Origin: Chrysomallon squamiferum
Taxonomy: Eukaryota; Animalia; Mollusca
Assembly: GCA_012295275.1 (NCBI GenBank)
Contig: CM022665.1
Location: 27,218,001 to 27,282,000, forward strand
Length of the DNA: 64,000 nt
Direction: 5' to 3'
Shown here: one piece after another, positions 41,115 through 54,917 of the stretch
Numbering within the stretch: position 1 is the stretch's first letter
How the letters are laid out: the number at the start of each line of letters is the position of its first letter
The notes under the pieces: generated by a model
What the model saw: the letters and a program-made list of their open reading frames with translations, nothing else
Told to the model about the DNA's origin: nothing
Databases searched by the model: none
Position numbers and translations under genes: made by a program

Positions 41115-42641
41115 CAACAATTTCTGCTATTCCTAATCCGTTACACCTGCTACTACATATGACGAGGATGACTGCGGTGATGGGATGAGGTAAACTCTGA
41201 TAACCATACAGTTGTTGAATGTTAAGACTTCAATACAAACAAATTTCATTAGTTTGTCAACAGATTCCATTAGTCTCACGATTTGTTTTGGGTTCCCGCT
41301 AACATTTAACAGGAGAAGTGGTGAAAGGTATAAACATTCTAAATAAATGTTCCTGGGTGCGGTTCGTGGTAAGGAAATACAAATAATACTTTACCTTTCG
41401 TCTAATAACGTGTGATTACGATCTTGGGAGGTTCTTTAAATTTAGTAATAAATAAAACCCCAAAACGTCGTTAACATAACATAACAATGTAAATTCAAGA
41501 ATCGTATTTTCCGAATTCAGCAACAGAACATAAATAAATAAATGAATATATATATATATATATAAAAATAAAAAGTAAATAAGATTTTACTGGTAAGAAA
41601 ATAAAATCTTATTCGACGAATTTACTGTGCTTGAATTTCGTGACTCAACTGCTTTTCTTTAGTTTCGTTTAGTTACAACATTACTCGTTTCCTTTTATAG
41701 TCTCGTTATAACTGTCACAAAAGCACTTACCATGATATTTCATGGACAACCAGTAGACAGTGATCAGAGCTGAAGATAGCAGAGTCGGAACAGGAGGAAC
41801 GTCGATCCTGACACCAATTACATCCAGCATCATTATTTTACCATTAACCTTCATCCCTCTTACAAAATCACTGTGTGCGTGCGTGCGTGTGGTGCGTGCG
41901 TATTACACATTTTATTTTTCCTTTAACAGTTTTATCTTCTTTTTGCTTTTTCTGTCTAATGTGCCAGAGTAGTTACAAAAGAATCGAATGCAGGAAACTG
42001 TCTGAGAGATTATTAAAGCAAATTAAATGAAGTGAACTGCAGTTACAAACTGAAATGTCAAGCTTGTTGCTGTTGTGTGCAAGTAATTGTTATCTGTGGA
42101 TTATTTCCACTAGCGAAATATTTTATTTTCGAAAACAGAATTGGTGGAATAGAAGCATTACAAGTCACAAAGGACGTTCTAAATAGCTGCGTCACAAATC
42201 TGTCCGCACTTCATCACATCTAATTTTATATAATTTTCTTTGACATATTGTCAGTTTTATATATTTGATTTTCCAATTTCCGACACTTAAAAACATGAAA
42301 ATCATTTTAAATTTAAAAAAAAAAAAAAACAATAATAAAAAAAGAATAACATTTCAAAAAAGATAAAAAAAAAAAGAAAAAAAGTAGAAAATAAACTAAA
42401 ACAATTACTATGATGGCAGTGAAAATTTACTCAACAACGTTCATTTCACCGAACTGGATATAGAATTTGCTGTGACAGAAAAAAAAAAAAAAAATTTGTT
42501 ATGACAGAAAATATCCACACAGTTATGTAATAAAATCATTGTTATTGCTGTTAACAAAATAAAATATGCATTCTACTGACTTATAAACTAATAACTTGCA
42601 TTTTGTTTATTCGTGTTTTGAGAATATGTACAAATAAAATG

Positions 42642-42672
<31 letters not shown>

Positions 42673-43279
42673 GAATTAATGAACGTGCTTAACGACATTT
42701 TTTTAGTAGATTAAATTTGGAAAACTGTTTAAAAATATATTTTAAAAAATAACGATATTATAACGGAAACCAAGTGTAGCATAGGATGAGCTGTTGATAT
42801 GAAACAGCGGCAGGGTATCGTTTATATTAGACACTTTGCCATTGGCCGGATAGTACATTATAATGATATTTGCTAAACCTGTTCTGGTGCTCAGGCTTGG
42901 AATGAATAATAAACCAGAACTTATCTGAAAAACATCAGATCTCAAGTCAAAACTCAAACTGTACCGAGCTAGAGCAAGTAACAGAGTTGAAAAGACTTAA
43001 TTTAAGACATTGTAACATGGTCTTAACAAACCCCGCTTTGAAGTAACTGCAAGATTCAAATTTTTAGGTGAGGCCATATGCTATATTACGCCCAGAGGAT
43101 TCCTAAACTATGTTAAGCTCTGTCGCCCTTAAAAAAAAAAAAAAAAAAAAAAAAAAACATTATCCCAGTTGGTTTCAGAAAACGTGAAAATATATGCTTT
43201 TTCATTATTTAACAGCAAAGTTATTTTCAAATAAATACACTTAACATTAAAAATGAGTATATAAAACCCAACCTGGAAT

Positions 43280-43352
43280 CTTCTTCAGGCCCCTTGCAGA
43301 TTGTGAGGCCCTAAGCTGTAGCTTGCTTAGCTTGTTCCTAACTCCAGCACTG
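43280..43352. mobile_element. Possible terminal remnant of a hAT-like MITE
   Basis: Ends ...GGCCCTAAGCTGTAGCTTGCTTAGCTTGTTCCTAACTCCAGCACTG, resembling CAGTG-terminated hAT MITE ends with GGCCC repeats. No partner end found. Confidence 0.35.
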
Positions 43353-44971
43353 TTGTTATTATAAAAAAAATAGTTTCGCGAAAGAATGGTAATTTTGCCA
43401 ACTTGATATTTTTTAAATATTTCTTAAACATGAGAACCTAAGCTTAAATAATGCCAAATAATAAGTCATTATAAATAGAACTTTCCGTAATTACAGATCA
43501 GAAAAATATTTGATTCACGTATAAAAAAGATATGACTGCCTATCAAAAACAAAGTCACGATACCGAGATCTTGTTTATAGAAATAACGTCGTCTAAATTA
43601 ACCGATTTTTTACAATTTTCTTTATTAAATTTGTTTGTAATATCCAGTTCATCTTCAAGTGACACTGAAGGCGGAGCTATGCTGTGTTAAAATAATTACT
43701 ATAAACAGTTGTAATTTATTTTTTGTTTTATTTTATTTTAAACCATTTCAAAAGATGAATTTCTTCAAATTTATAACAACTTCTGATGAACTCACAAACT
43801 AATGAAATTAATCAAAACAAACAAGCAAAAAAAAGACGTAATCAAGAAAACATAAATAAATGCAAATACAAAATAAATAAAATAAAATAAATAAATAAAA
43901 TAAATAAATAAATAAATAAAAAGAAGAAAAAAATAAAAAATTAAATAAATAAAAAAAATACCGAAAATAAATAATAAAAAATAATAATTGCCTGTATCTT
44001 AAAAAAATAGGAAGAAGAAAAAAGAAGAAAATAAATAAAGAAATAAAATTAAATATGAATAAAAAAACCCAGGAAACAAACAAAAAACCCCAACCAACAA
44101 CAAAAATAAAACCAATGATTAAAAATTAAAACCTTTAAAAAAAAAAAAAAAAAAATCCCTACTAACTGTTCAACAAAACTAATTTCTTATAAAAAAAAAA
44201 ATATATATATATATATATAAATATATATATAAGCGGAAAACAAATTTGTTTTGAAAAGAAACTGAAAGAGATGTTCTTGTGACACAGAAGATAAAAGTTG
44301 AAGATTTTCCCCGCGGCTGAGTCAGGACTACTTAACAGTTACTGTAACTGTTTGTTTTTACAAGTGAATAGTTTTCTTAGGGTCTGCGGTAAATCTGGTC
44401 GGTGCCAGGCAGTCGGGGACCCACTTTACGATTGTGATTTTAGTCATCAACTGAGCTATTGCTGCTGAAAGTTCTTGTCTTTGATGTGTAACAGGCAGGC
44501 CAGTCGCTTCTGAACACATCTGGTTAAAATATCAAAACACAATTGGCTCACATAATTTAAAAACAGTATTATCTGTCGGTATCGCAATATCAAGTGAAAG
44601 GTCGACACTCGAAAGTCTATAAAGAATTTTTATTTATTTTTCTTTTCACGAGGAACATAACAAATAATTAAGCCCAAAGGAGAAGTGAAAGAAAATAAAA
44701 GATAATGTTATCTTCTTCTGATTTAATGTAATGTTAGAACTTGGAATATGTTGGTTTATTAGGTTTATGCTAGCGAAAGTTTGTCAGATCAAATCTTTGC
44801 AGTGTACATTCATATCAGTTTAGCCTTCTTAACGAATTTTTTTATTTCGTTTTAATATATTAAATTACAAGTCTACGGAAGAAAGATTTGATTATATATA
44901 TATATATATATATATCACACACAGAGACAGACACAGACACAGTTACAAACATATATTCATTCACACTCTCT

Positions 44972-45010
<39 letters not shown>

Positions 45011-45427
45011 GCACACAAATTCATTTTTTTGTCACTGTTTGTTTTACTGTGTAAATCTGAACTGACACATTTCAATTCATATCTGAAGTGTTGCTATAAC
45101 ATTTTATAGGAAAAAAAAACCCTCGACCTACATCTTCAGTACACAATACTAAATAAACAGTAAACTGTAATTTCAAACATGCTTGGCTGTCTTTTCATAA
45201 TCAGAGTAATTTAGTCCATTTCAATAGTTTAATTGGAATAAAAAGATCTAGGTGAACTAGTGTTAGAAATATTGGTCATTTTATTTAGTGTAATGAATGG
45301 ATGTAATGAAGTATAACAAATAAACCATGTTCTTTCATTACTTTTGTTAAACATTTAAACTATATATGGCTGTAAAAATGGTACTTCAATGAGGTAAGTA
45401 TTTCAACAGTTTATAAGGGTTAACATG

Positions 45428-45460
<33 letters not shown>

Positions 45461-45635
45461 GCTAAGCAGGTAAATAAATAAAATGAAATTTCAAAATGTA
45501 AAAATAATAGTGACGAACTCGATTACCCTCAAACCAAATCAAGTTAGAACTTAATCGTAGTTACAGACGTTTTTTTTTTTGTTGTTGTTGTTTTTTTTCG
45601 TGTTTTTTTTTTTTTTTTTTTGGGGGGGGGTGCAG

Positions 45636-45679
<44 letters not shown>

Positions 45680-46690
45680 AATAAATAAATAACAACAAAC
45701 AAAATAAAATAAAATAAAATAAAATAAAATAAAATTCATGTAAACTGGAGTTAGCACTGAAGCTATGTAGTAGCAATTGTTTTTTCGTTTCTTCTTTTTT
45801 TTTTTTTTTTTTCATCTAGAAGACACTTTTGCGTAATAGAGAATGAGACTTTGACGTTATTCCCAGGAGAGATGTAACACTGAAAACAGTCTTATAACAT
45901 TTATTATATCTTCTTTGAGACAGAGTGTACAAAACAGTCTGTACATTTCTCGACTTTTACTATAATTATATACAATTGTAATTTAATTTTTTCTTTTGTT
46001 TTTGTTTTTATATGGGGCATTTAATTAGATTTCTTCTTTTTGACACATATTGATTAAAGGGAACATCAGCAACGACGTCTAATAAAACTTTCGACACGGT
46101 GACATGGTTATCTGTCCAGAGAATAACCCGGCCTGAAAAAGGAAAGCAACGGAGAGAGTGAACGAGTGAGTCATTTAAAAGTGAGATAATTACTTTAACT
46201 GAGAGGTTGATGAATGTCTCATGTCTTGGAACGTGCAGCATGTGCGACCAGATGAATGGATGTCCAACAGTTGGATCTTAAAATCCACAAGACCGAGACG
46301 ACCGTGAAAACAGGCAAGTGTCGCCTTATGCAATAGAAAATAAACATGGAAGAAAGGCGCGTACGAAGATGAAAAGGTCTCCTTCGGCAACTGTCGTCGG
46401 TTTTCGTAATACTTGTTTAGATTCGTCAGTCGTTGCGATTTTGTCAAAAAGATAATGGGTTTTAGACATCGGGAAAACATATTTTAAAATCACACGCCGG
46501 ATGAAGTAAGGTGTTACTGGAGGTTATGATAGATCAGACAGAAGACAGACAGCGTGACGCTTTGGCACAGCTTGTATAGATTTTTAGCAAAGGAAACAAA
46601 ATATCTTAGTGTTTAATTGATTACTTTTATGAAAGAAAAAGAAAAAAAGTCGTAAAATTTGTCTTTAATTCGCAGAAACGTTAGACAACA

Positions 46691-46692
<2 letters not shown>

Positions 46693-46763
<71 letters not shown>
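46693..46763. repeat. (AG)n microsatellite
   Basis: Direct reading. Confidence 0.95.
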
Positions 46764-46767
<4 letters not shown>

Positions 46768-48064
46768 CTTAGCTAATACTTAGTTATTTTATTTATAAAC
46801 ATCGCCATGAGTATGGTGAAAACCTTTTTCATTTACAATTTTTTTTTTTTTTTTTTTTTTTTGTTGATGTCCTCATTTGAAAGCAATCTGTAGCTGAGAA
46901 AGCACTCTACGCTCTTTGTCACATAATCCAAACTGTATAAACTAAAGATTTTATTTCATTCCCTCTTTCGTCTCATTTTCATCACACTCTGCTGTATATA
47001 ATCATTATCAGATGATGTGAAGTATGCAACTTAATGTCTTTTTTTTTGTTCTTGACACTTTTACTTCAGAGGACATACTTTTTTCTCTCATGGTCGATTG
47101 CCAATGCACCGACTCGTCAAACAAATCTGTGCACAGACGTGAAAACGTAACATTAAATGTTTGAAAGTCAGATACATATCGCAGCAATAACGCTCATAAA
47201 TATGCTAAAAAGACATTTGCCAAGTTAAAAAAAGAAATCGGTTAAAGATCGGAAAAGATGTGACATTTCTGTATGCTTTGCTTTATTCTGCACTAAATAG
47301 TGCAGTGATAAGAACAAACAGAAAACAAAGTGAACCATGACGACAAGATCTCTTTGATGTATTGTCTTTGTTTGGATTCTACAGTTTATGTTGACAGTAC
47401 GCACAACTGTTAGACACTGCACACAATTAATCAAACTCTACAAATGCACATTTCATGTACATTTTATAAACGTGCAAACACTTAGGCATATATATATACA
47501 TAATTTTTTTTTTTTTTTTTTTTTTTTTTAGTATATTATTATTCACCCTTGTCTTGAACTATCATTTAACTTTTTTGTATAACGCGTTCCATGTGTTGTT
47601 TTCTCTGCTTTGAACTGATTGTGTTTGTAAATGTTTGAGATAGTTAAGAGTTTGCAAGTCACGCGTTGTAATGTGTTGAACAAACACGCACGGTACACAG
47701 TGAGATATCCGATTTAAAGAGCATGTGCAGCGAAACAAACAAACAGAATAAATACATTTAGTGTTATTTCAGTCGATTACTCTTCGATAGTAATGATGTT
47801 TAACAGGAATGTTAATAAAGTACAAAATATACAGTGTTCGAATACACCTACACTTTTAACATAATACTGACATAAGGATTATATAAGAATTTTTTATTTT
47901 TTTTTTTTTTATATATACTATTTAAAAACATTTCTAACCATTTTCATTAAAGAATTAATAACGAAATGTTATACTTTTTTTGTTTATTTATGTAATTCTT
48001 ATATACAGTGAAGATTAAGGAGAATCACTCTCATCAACATCAGCAACAACAACAAAAATAAGCA

Positions 48065-48297
48065 TCATAGTGATTGTGGTAGTAATGGTAGCAGTAGTAG
48101 GAGTAGTAATAATAATAATGGTAGTTGTAATAATAGTAATACTGTCGTAGTAGAAGCAGTAGTAGCTGTTGTAATAATAATACTGTATACTGTAGTAGTG
48201 GTAGTAGTAGTATTGGTAGTAATAATAATAATGGTAGTTGTAATAATAGTAATACTGTCGTAGTAGAAGCAGTAGCAGCTGTTGTAATAGTAACACT

Positions 48298-48339
<42 letters not shown>

Positions 48340-48365
48340 ATAATAGTAGTAGTAGTAGTAGTAGT
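48065..48365. repeat. Degenerate (GTA/TAA)n trinucleotide region with an internal ~85-bp direct duplication (period 113)
   Basis: GTAGTAATAATAATAATGGTAGTTGTAATAATAGTAATACTGTCGTAGTAGAAGCAGTAG starts at both 48103 and 48216. Confidence 0.85.
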
Positions 48366-48754
48366 ATATTAATGACAGACAGCAAAGAGCCCTGCATGGA
48401 CAAAATCACTGAAAAGTATAATTCCTCTCAAACAGCTTCTTAAAATGACTAACGTAAATAACAATTGTACGAGTCTAACAATATTACTCTCTCTGTTTTG
48501 GAAGTTAAAATCATTTTAAAATGTCAGTATTTTGTTGATATATATATGATTTATTAAGGCTGTTGCTAACCGAATCGATTTAAACCAGAAAAAGTTAAGC
48601 ATAATAATTGAAAATTCAATTTTAACTGTCAAATCACTTAGTACTGATTAACGACAAACTTTTCTCAAGAATCTATTATTATGCATTGCTTTTTCTAACA
48701 ATATATATATAAAATAAATAAATAAAGTGAGTTTAATTATTTAAAATTGACATT

Positions 48755-49160
48755 GAAGACGACAGCTGCGCAACGTCGTCGTCGTCACATTCCTGCAGCT
48801 GCGCGAAATTACGAGATTCTTACGAACCTGCGTGACAGGTAGCCAATAGCCATCAGCCTTTCACTGGCCGTTATCCAATAGAAGATGCCAACGTCATTTC
48901 GAGGTCATGACAAACCGGCTGTCGAAAAAAGCCAATGCATTACTCACTAAGACCATGTGACCGGCAATACACCGGCTGTTGCCGTAACCTTTTGCACTGT
49001 TCTTGCATCTGGGGTCGCGATGACGATCTTCGAAAAATGATTTCCACCTTCTTTTTTGTCAGCTGTTACGTCATTACTGGAAGAGCAAAATGTTAACGTC
49101 GGTGTCTTTTGTAGCTTGTAAGCACACTGTGTGAGGAATACACGTGTTACCCGTGTTTTC
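48755..49160. promoter_or_regulatory. CpG-rich promoter/enhancer-like island
   Basis: CCAAT at 48843, 48875 and 48932; ACGTCA half-sites; CAGCTG E-boxes; ACATTCC; many CpGs relative to the flanks. Confidence 0.5.
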
Positions 49161-49443
49161 TTCCACAGATGAAAAGATTCCAGTTGCAGTTTTTGCATAT
49201 GTTCTATCAACAACGATTTTCAATAAAAACAACACGTGCATGTAACAAATAAGAAGCGTGGCGAACTCGGCTACGCTGGGTTCAAACAGTGCTCCCCACT
49301 ACCCACCTTTTACCGAGCTGTGTATGCGGGAGAATACACATTATGTCGACAGCAATAACAAATAACATGTGAAAAATTAGCTATAAAACCAGTCTGAAGA
49401 TATTTAGCTATTCCTTGTTGTTGAAACGGATTGCTTAAGGGGC

Positions 49444-49494
<51 letters not shown>

Positions 49495-50117
49495 CGTAAT
49501 AATAAATAAATAAATAAAATATGTGCATTATTACACTCGTGATATATCTTTTTCTTTTTCCTTTTAGATTTTTAAATTAAAACATGATAAATATATAATC
49601 GGTATTTTTTGCACCGATCAGCCATTTTTCATTTTCTGCAGTACAGGTGATTTCTTAATGTCTACAAAACCGAAAATAAATTGCTATAAATCACTCCTGG
49701 AAAATAAATAATACTCACTATCACTAACAATTCCATGACATTTATTATTACTGTAGCAATCTAACAGATCTTTTGCATATATTTAGATACCTGTGTATAT
49801 TTATCATATTATCACTGTGACGGTTAGTAATAAATTTTGTTTTCTGCAGAAGAGCTGTCGTTATCTCGTGCCCGTGTTACAGAAAAATACTCAACTGTTG
49901 GCAAGATTCTGACTTTCTGACTACAAATATTATTTCTGTTTTTAAATCTGTTAACAGTGACGTTAGGCTCAAAGCAGGTTTGAGTTAACGTCTTATTAAA
50001 AAGAAATAACCGAACATTTGTAATTCTCAGTTGTCTATCTTTTGACAGGTTACAGTTGTTGTGGAGATACTAAATCCATTGTACTGAAGTTTAGCTCATC
50101 TAGTGTCTGCAGTTGGA

Positions 50118-50154
<37 letters not shown>

Positions 50155-52085
50155 GCTGGCAATATGAAGTCAAAAGTCGAGATAGTGACAATTGTTAAAC
50201 AGAAAACAAAATTTATTACTACAAAGAGTACCATATCTATTATTGTCAGACTGATAATTTGATAAATATACATACATATCTAAATGTACGAGAATGATGT
50301 CTTAGCCTGCACCAGTAACAATAAATGTGACTGAAAAGTGAGACGGCATGCTATTTATTTTCCCAGAATGATTTATATGCTTTTAGTTTAAGTAGACGTT
50401 AAGTAATCGCTTGTATGGTCGAAAAAATATGGCTGTTAAAACAAAAATAGTCATAAAGACGTACACCCAGTGGCACTATATCTACCACCATATGACTTTG
50501 ATTAATATCAATTATATCACATTAACAACATAAAAGTTGCATTCTGCATTCATCTCTGACCATTTACATTCTCAGCATTTAGTTTATTTAAAGAAAATGT
50601 TTTCAACATCAAAATTGTTACTACTGCTGCTACTACTACTATTACTATATCAACTACATCTAATACATCTAATACATCTACTACTTCTACTATTTTTACT
50701 TCTACTACTACTACTACTGTTATCAGTTATATTACAACAAACAACCAACACTACTATTATTCCATCTACTGCTGCCACTACAGTTACTTTTTGCAGATGA
50801 AGATACGACGGTTTCTGCAGAGACGATTTCTACCACAGTGATTATAATTTCTCTCATTATTATTTATCTGATTACACTGGCGTAAACGGTTGGTAAAAGT
50901 TTACCCATGTTACAATGCCCCACGGCCATATTGCTTCCCTACAGCGTAAGATTTTGTTAACGTTCTAAGAAAATTATTACTACGTATTTAGTGATGTATT
51001 TATATAAATTGGTAGATATGATTATCTGTATTCAAGGGAAACGAAACTGCAAATTTAGTTGTTATGTAGTTGGAAAAACAAAGACAGACACATCATGTGA
51101 AAAAAGCAGTGGTTGCGCACTTTGTATGCGCGATTTATCAATAAACTTTCACCATATTTGTTTCACTAAAAAAATTTTTGGGGGGTATTTTTTTATTTTA
51201 AAATACTGATTTTAATTACCATTTTTTTTTTTCTATTATTCTAAGCATTAAAAAAAAAAAAAAAAAAAAAAAGAAAGAGAATGCAGAGTTCGTATTTGCG
51301 GAAATACACGATATTCAGAACAAGAGTAATAAAGTTGATATTTATTAGAAACTCGATCTTTCAAACAATCAACAACAATAATTAAAAGAAATCTCCCTCC
51401 CCAGTATCTCATCGCAGACCACAGATGTCTGAATATTCCGAAAGTGAAACCCGACTTACACGTGGCGCTTACAACTCTTATTAAATTAGGCATTTGAAAA
51501 TGTGCCTTTAAGATAATAAACGGTGACGTTTGAATTAGATGTTTTTTTAAAACGCTGGCTACGGGTTAATTGGGTTACGGAAATGGGTGTTTCTGTCCGC
51601 CCTGTCGCCATTATAGGAACACGGTTTGCACGGTCAACTTGGTAACACGAGTAAATTGTCCCAGCACGCGGCCATTTAACCCTTGAATACGCACTGGAGC
51701 CCTCGAGTCTGCAACTAAATTTAATAAGATTTAGAAATATCGGCAAGGGAATTAAACAGATTCACTTGAGATAAAAGTTTTGAAAATAAATTAACGAAGC
51801 GGGAGATGCTCATAAAAAAAATGTTGTGTTATTTTTCAGCACCCTCTAAATACACCAACTAATGTTCTGGGAAAAAAAAAAAAAAAAAAAAAAAGAGAGA
51901 TAAAAAGAAGAGTGTTTTAGACCACATGAAAATAAAGCGTTTACTAGGAACATCACTTAAGTGTAAATGTTTTGTCTGTGTTTATCAGCTGGCGATGACT
52001 TGACACATTATTTTAATAGAATCCGTTTTATACTGTGCCAAGATAAAACGGATCAAATTTAACGGCCGACTGCCGTTATAAGCTA

Positions 52086-52121
<36 letters not shown>

Positions 52122-53002
52122 TTGTTTTAATTTTCACTAATGGCCAAAGACGATAATTATCATCGTGATTTGTGTTTCTGTCTACTAAACTGGATAATTT
52201 AATTTGCTTTAAAAAAAAAAAAAAAAAAAAAAGAAATAAAAGAAGAAGAATTATCAGCATGAATTAACCAGTGAAAGCACTTCAAAATGTGTTTATATTA
52301 ACAGTTCATTCGTTTGTGCATGTTTAGTTTGTTTGGAAAGTAAATATTTTCAGAAGCATTTTCACCTTCATTGCAAACATAGAAGTAGTTTTGTTGGAAG
52401 TGAACGAACACACACTAAATTTGATTAAAGACGAATTTACTACGAGCGAGTTTGGCTTCAGGTATTCAGAGAATATCAATAACAAACCACAAGGTGCTGA
52501 AGTATATGTTTTATTTGGGAATCGAGCAATGACATTAACGTAATTTTGACAAATGCTTAGGGAAATACCAGTCTGTACACTGAATACGTAACATATATTC
52601 TTGGAACAAATGAGGATGTCTTTCCCACTTCAACACGTCTTGAAAGATTATTTCATACAATTGCTGTGAAGGAGATTCCTAACACCTGCAGAGGAATATG
52701 TTGTTATATATATATACGTTTTTTTTTTTTTTTTTTTTGGTTATTTATTTTTGTGGTGAAATTTTGATCATGGCAACTGTATTTACACGAGAAATAAACT
52801 GGTTAATGAGCCTGCTAAAACAACATGGTGTAACGTCTAGCAACATCTGTGATATTTATAGGATCGATTTCACATTCCGAGAAATCATGTAATGAGACGT
52901 TAGCATAATTAAAAACATCCAGAAAAAGTCCACAAAGAACAGAAAGAAAAGAATTAGATTAGCTTGTAAAGATATAGTATTCTGCTCGATTCTCACTCTG
53001 AC

Positions 53003-53230
53003 TGTAGCTCTGTGGTTAGAAAACTACGTCTTAGGCGAGTTTGGTTATTAGATCAATACTCGTCAGAGCGCGCGTTGTTTCAGCCATTTCCTCAAAACCA
53101 CTTTATCAAAGGCAGTGGGACTGTCTTCATTGTTAACTAAAAGTGCTGCTAATCAGTAAATATGACCCATGAAATAGCGACAGCGAGTTTCTTCTCTTAT
53201 GTCACATCTTTGATAACTAAAACCATTAAA
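53003..53230 (+). mobile_element. tRNA-derived SINE (gastropod-type), degenerate
   Basis: A-box-like TAGCTCTGTGG (53005), degenerate B-box (~53050), body ATCAAAGGCAGTGG...TGCTGCTAATC...CCCATGAAATAGCGACAGCGAGTTTCTTCTCT; related to the copy at 30520-30710. Confidence 0.6.
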
Positions 53231-54874
53231 ACTAAAATCGAGTACTTAAAGCAAGACCCTGATTTGTCCAAAAACCGAATAAAACCCCCAAAAGAATGCC
53301 TATAAAGCAAGTGGTGGAATATAGTCCTATAATCCACACTGAAGTGAAGAATAAACAAGAATGACAAAAAAATTTAAAAAACCAATCTGATTTCATAGAG
53401 TGCTAACTTCAGTTTTCTCAGAAAAAGAAAACTGGACAAAAACTGTATTAGTTATATAAAGCATATGATACGTTGAAGATATCGTTTGAAGACACCATAT
53501 CATTACTTCTGTTTTTATCTTTCTCTCTCTCTCATTTTATCAAATCAGTACATTCAGTCGGAAACAATAGTTTAAAAACTTTTCTTTTCTAAGTAATTAG
53601 TTACCTACTAACTGGTTGCTCAAACTGATACTCTCTAAGTCTGATGTTAATTGAAAAAGGAAATCATGCAGAATTTACGACAAAACAAAAGCACACGTAC
53701 TGCATTAGGATTAAAATGCTGACTGCATTCGTGCACATGCACATTAATTAGCTACAGAAGTTCAGCGGGATGTTGTTAAAGCCAGGGGTTCCGTGCTACA
53801 AAACACATGTAAGAAATGAATTGCAGGTTTTGTACGTTAAGGTCCAGTGCGCTTTAAAGCTCTTACGTGTATTCCAGACAAACTCTCGTTTTATCTGGAA
53901 TTAGTTTGCGTCACTTTAAGTATTTTGTGTTAGTTCCAATACTTTAAAAATAAAATTATAAAATTAAAAATTAAATATAGATAAGGAATAAGCGAAAAAA
54001 AAAAAAAAAAAAAAAATAAGAGAAAGATAAAAATATTAGTAATAATTTCAACTTGGAATTATCAGGACTGCACAGCAGTCGAAGGAAATTCCGAATTAAG
54101 ATCTTAACATGCTGTTAAAATGTATTACTCTATATATTCAGCAGTATACATAATGAAGTATTTTTCTGTTTGTCTGTCTGCCTACCTCTGCCTCCTGTTT
54201 ATCTGTTCACGTATTTTTATAGTTAATTCTCTCTCTCTTTGCATATCTATCTGTCTGTCTGTCTATATACCTATCTATTTATCTAAATCTACTGTCTGTC
54301 TGCATTTCTGTCTGCATGTATACTTATCAGTCTATCTATAAGTTTGCTGCAATATATATTTCTGCCTGTCTTTTTGGTAACTAATTTTTGATTTATCTGT
54401 CTGATGATTTAATTATATATTTTATAATAATATCTAATTACGTAACATGCTGCACATAAGTAAACATGTTACCACAAGTTTTCTAATCTACAATTATGTA
54501 TAATAGATGTATTTGTTTTCAACGTGTGTTGTGTATAATTAATTATATTCTAGTTTCTCTTCTGTTAATCTTTCCGATCATGTAGGCCAGCGAGACAGAA
54601 TTCTTGTCCTATCTCTGTTTCTGACAGTTAATTGTCGGTTATGGCTTAAAGCTGTTTTGGTGCACAATTTCTTGTCAGTTCAGAACAGTTTAAAGTGTAC
54701 CTGTAACGATACGAATAAAATTAATGCCACAGAATGTATCTAGTGTATTTCAAAATTACGTTTGTATTTATGTTTAGTGATACGCTCTTGGTGGTAAAAT
54801 GGTAATAGAATAACAAGTGTATATGTAGGGCTAAGGCTGATATATTATATATTATAGTTTATCATGATGTTATT

Positions 54875-54917
<43 letters not shown>

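Noticed and set aside
48015-48409. Poly-Leu/Tyr/Thr ORFs, and similar poly-Ile/Phe/SL ORFs elsewhere
   Set aside because: Translations of microsatellites and poly-A/T tracts.
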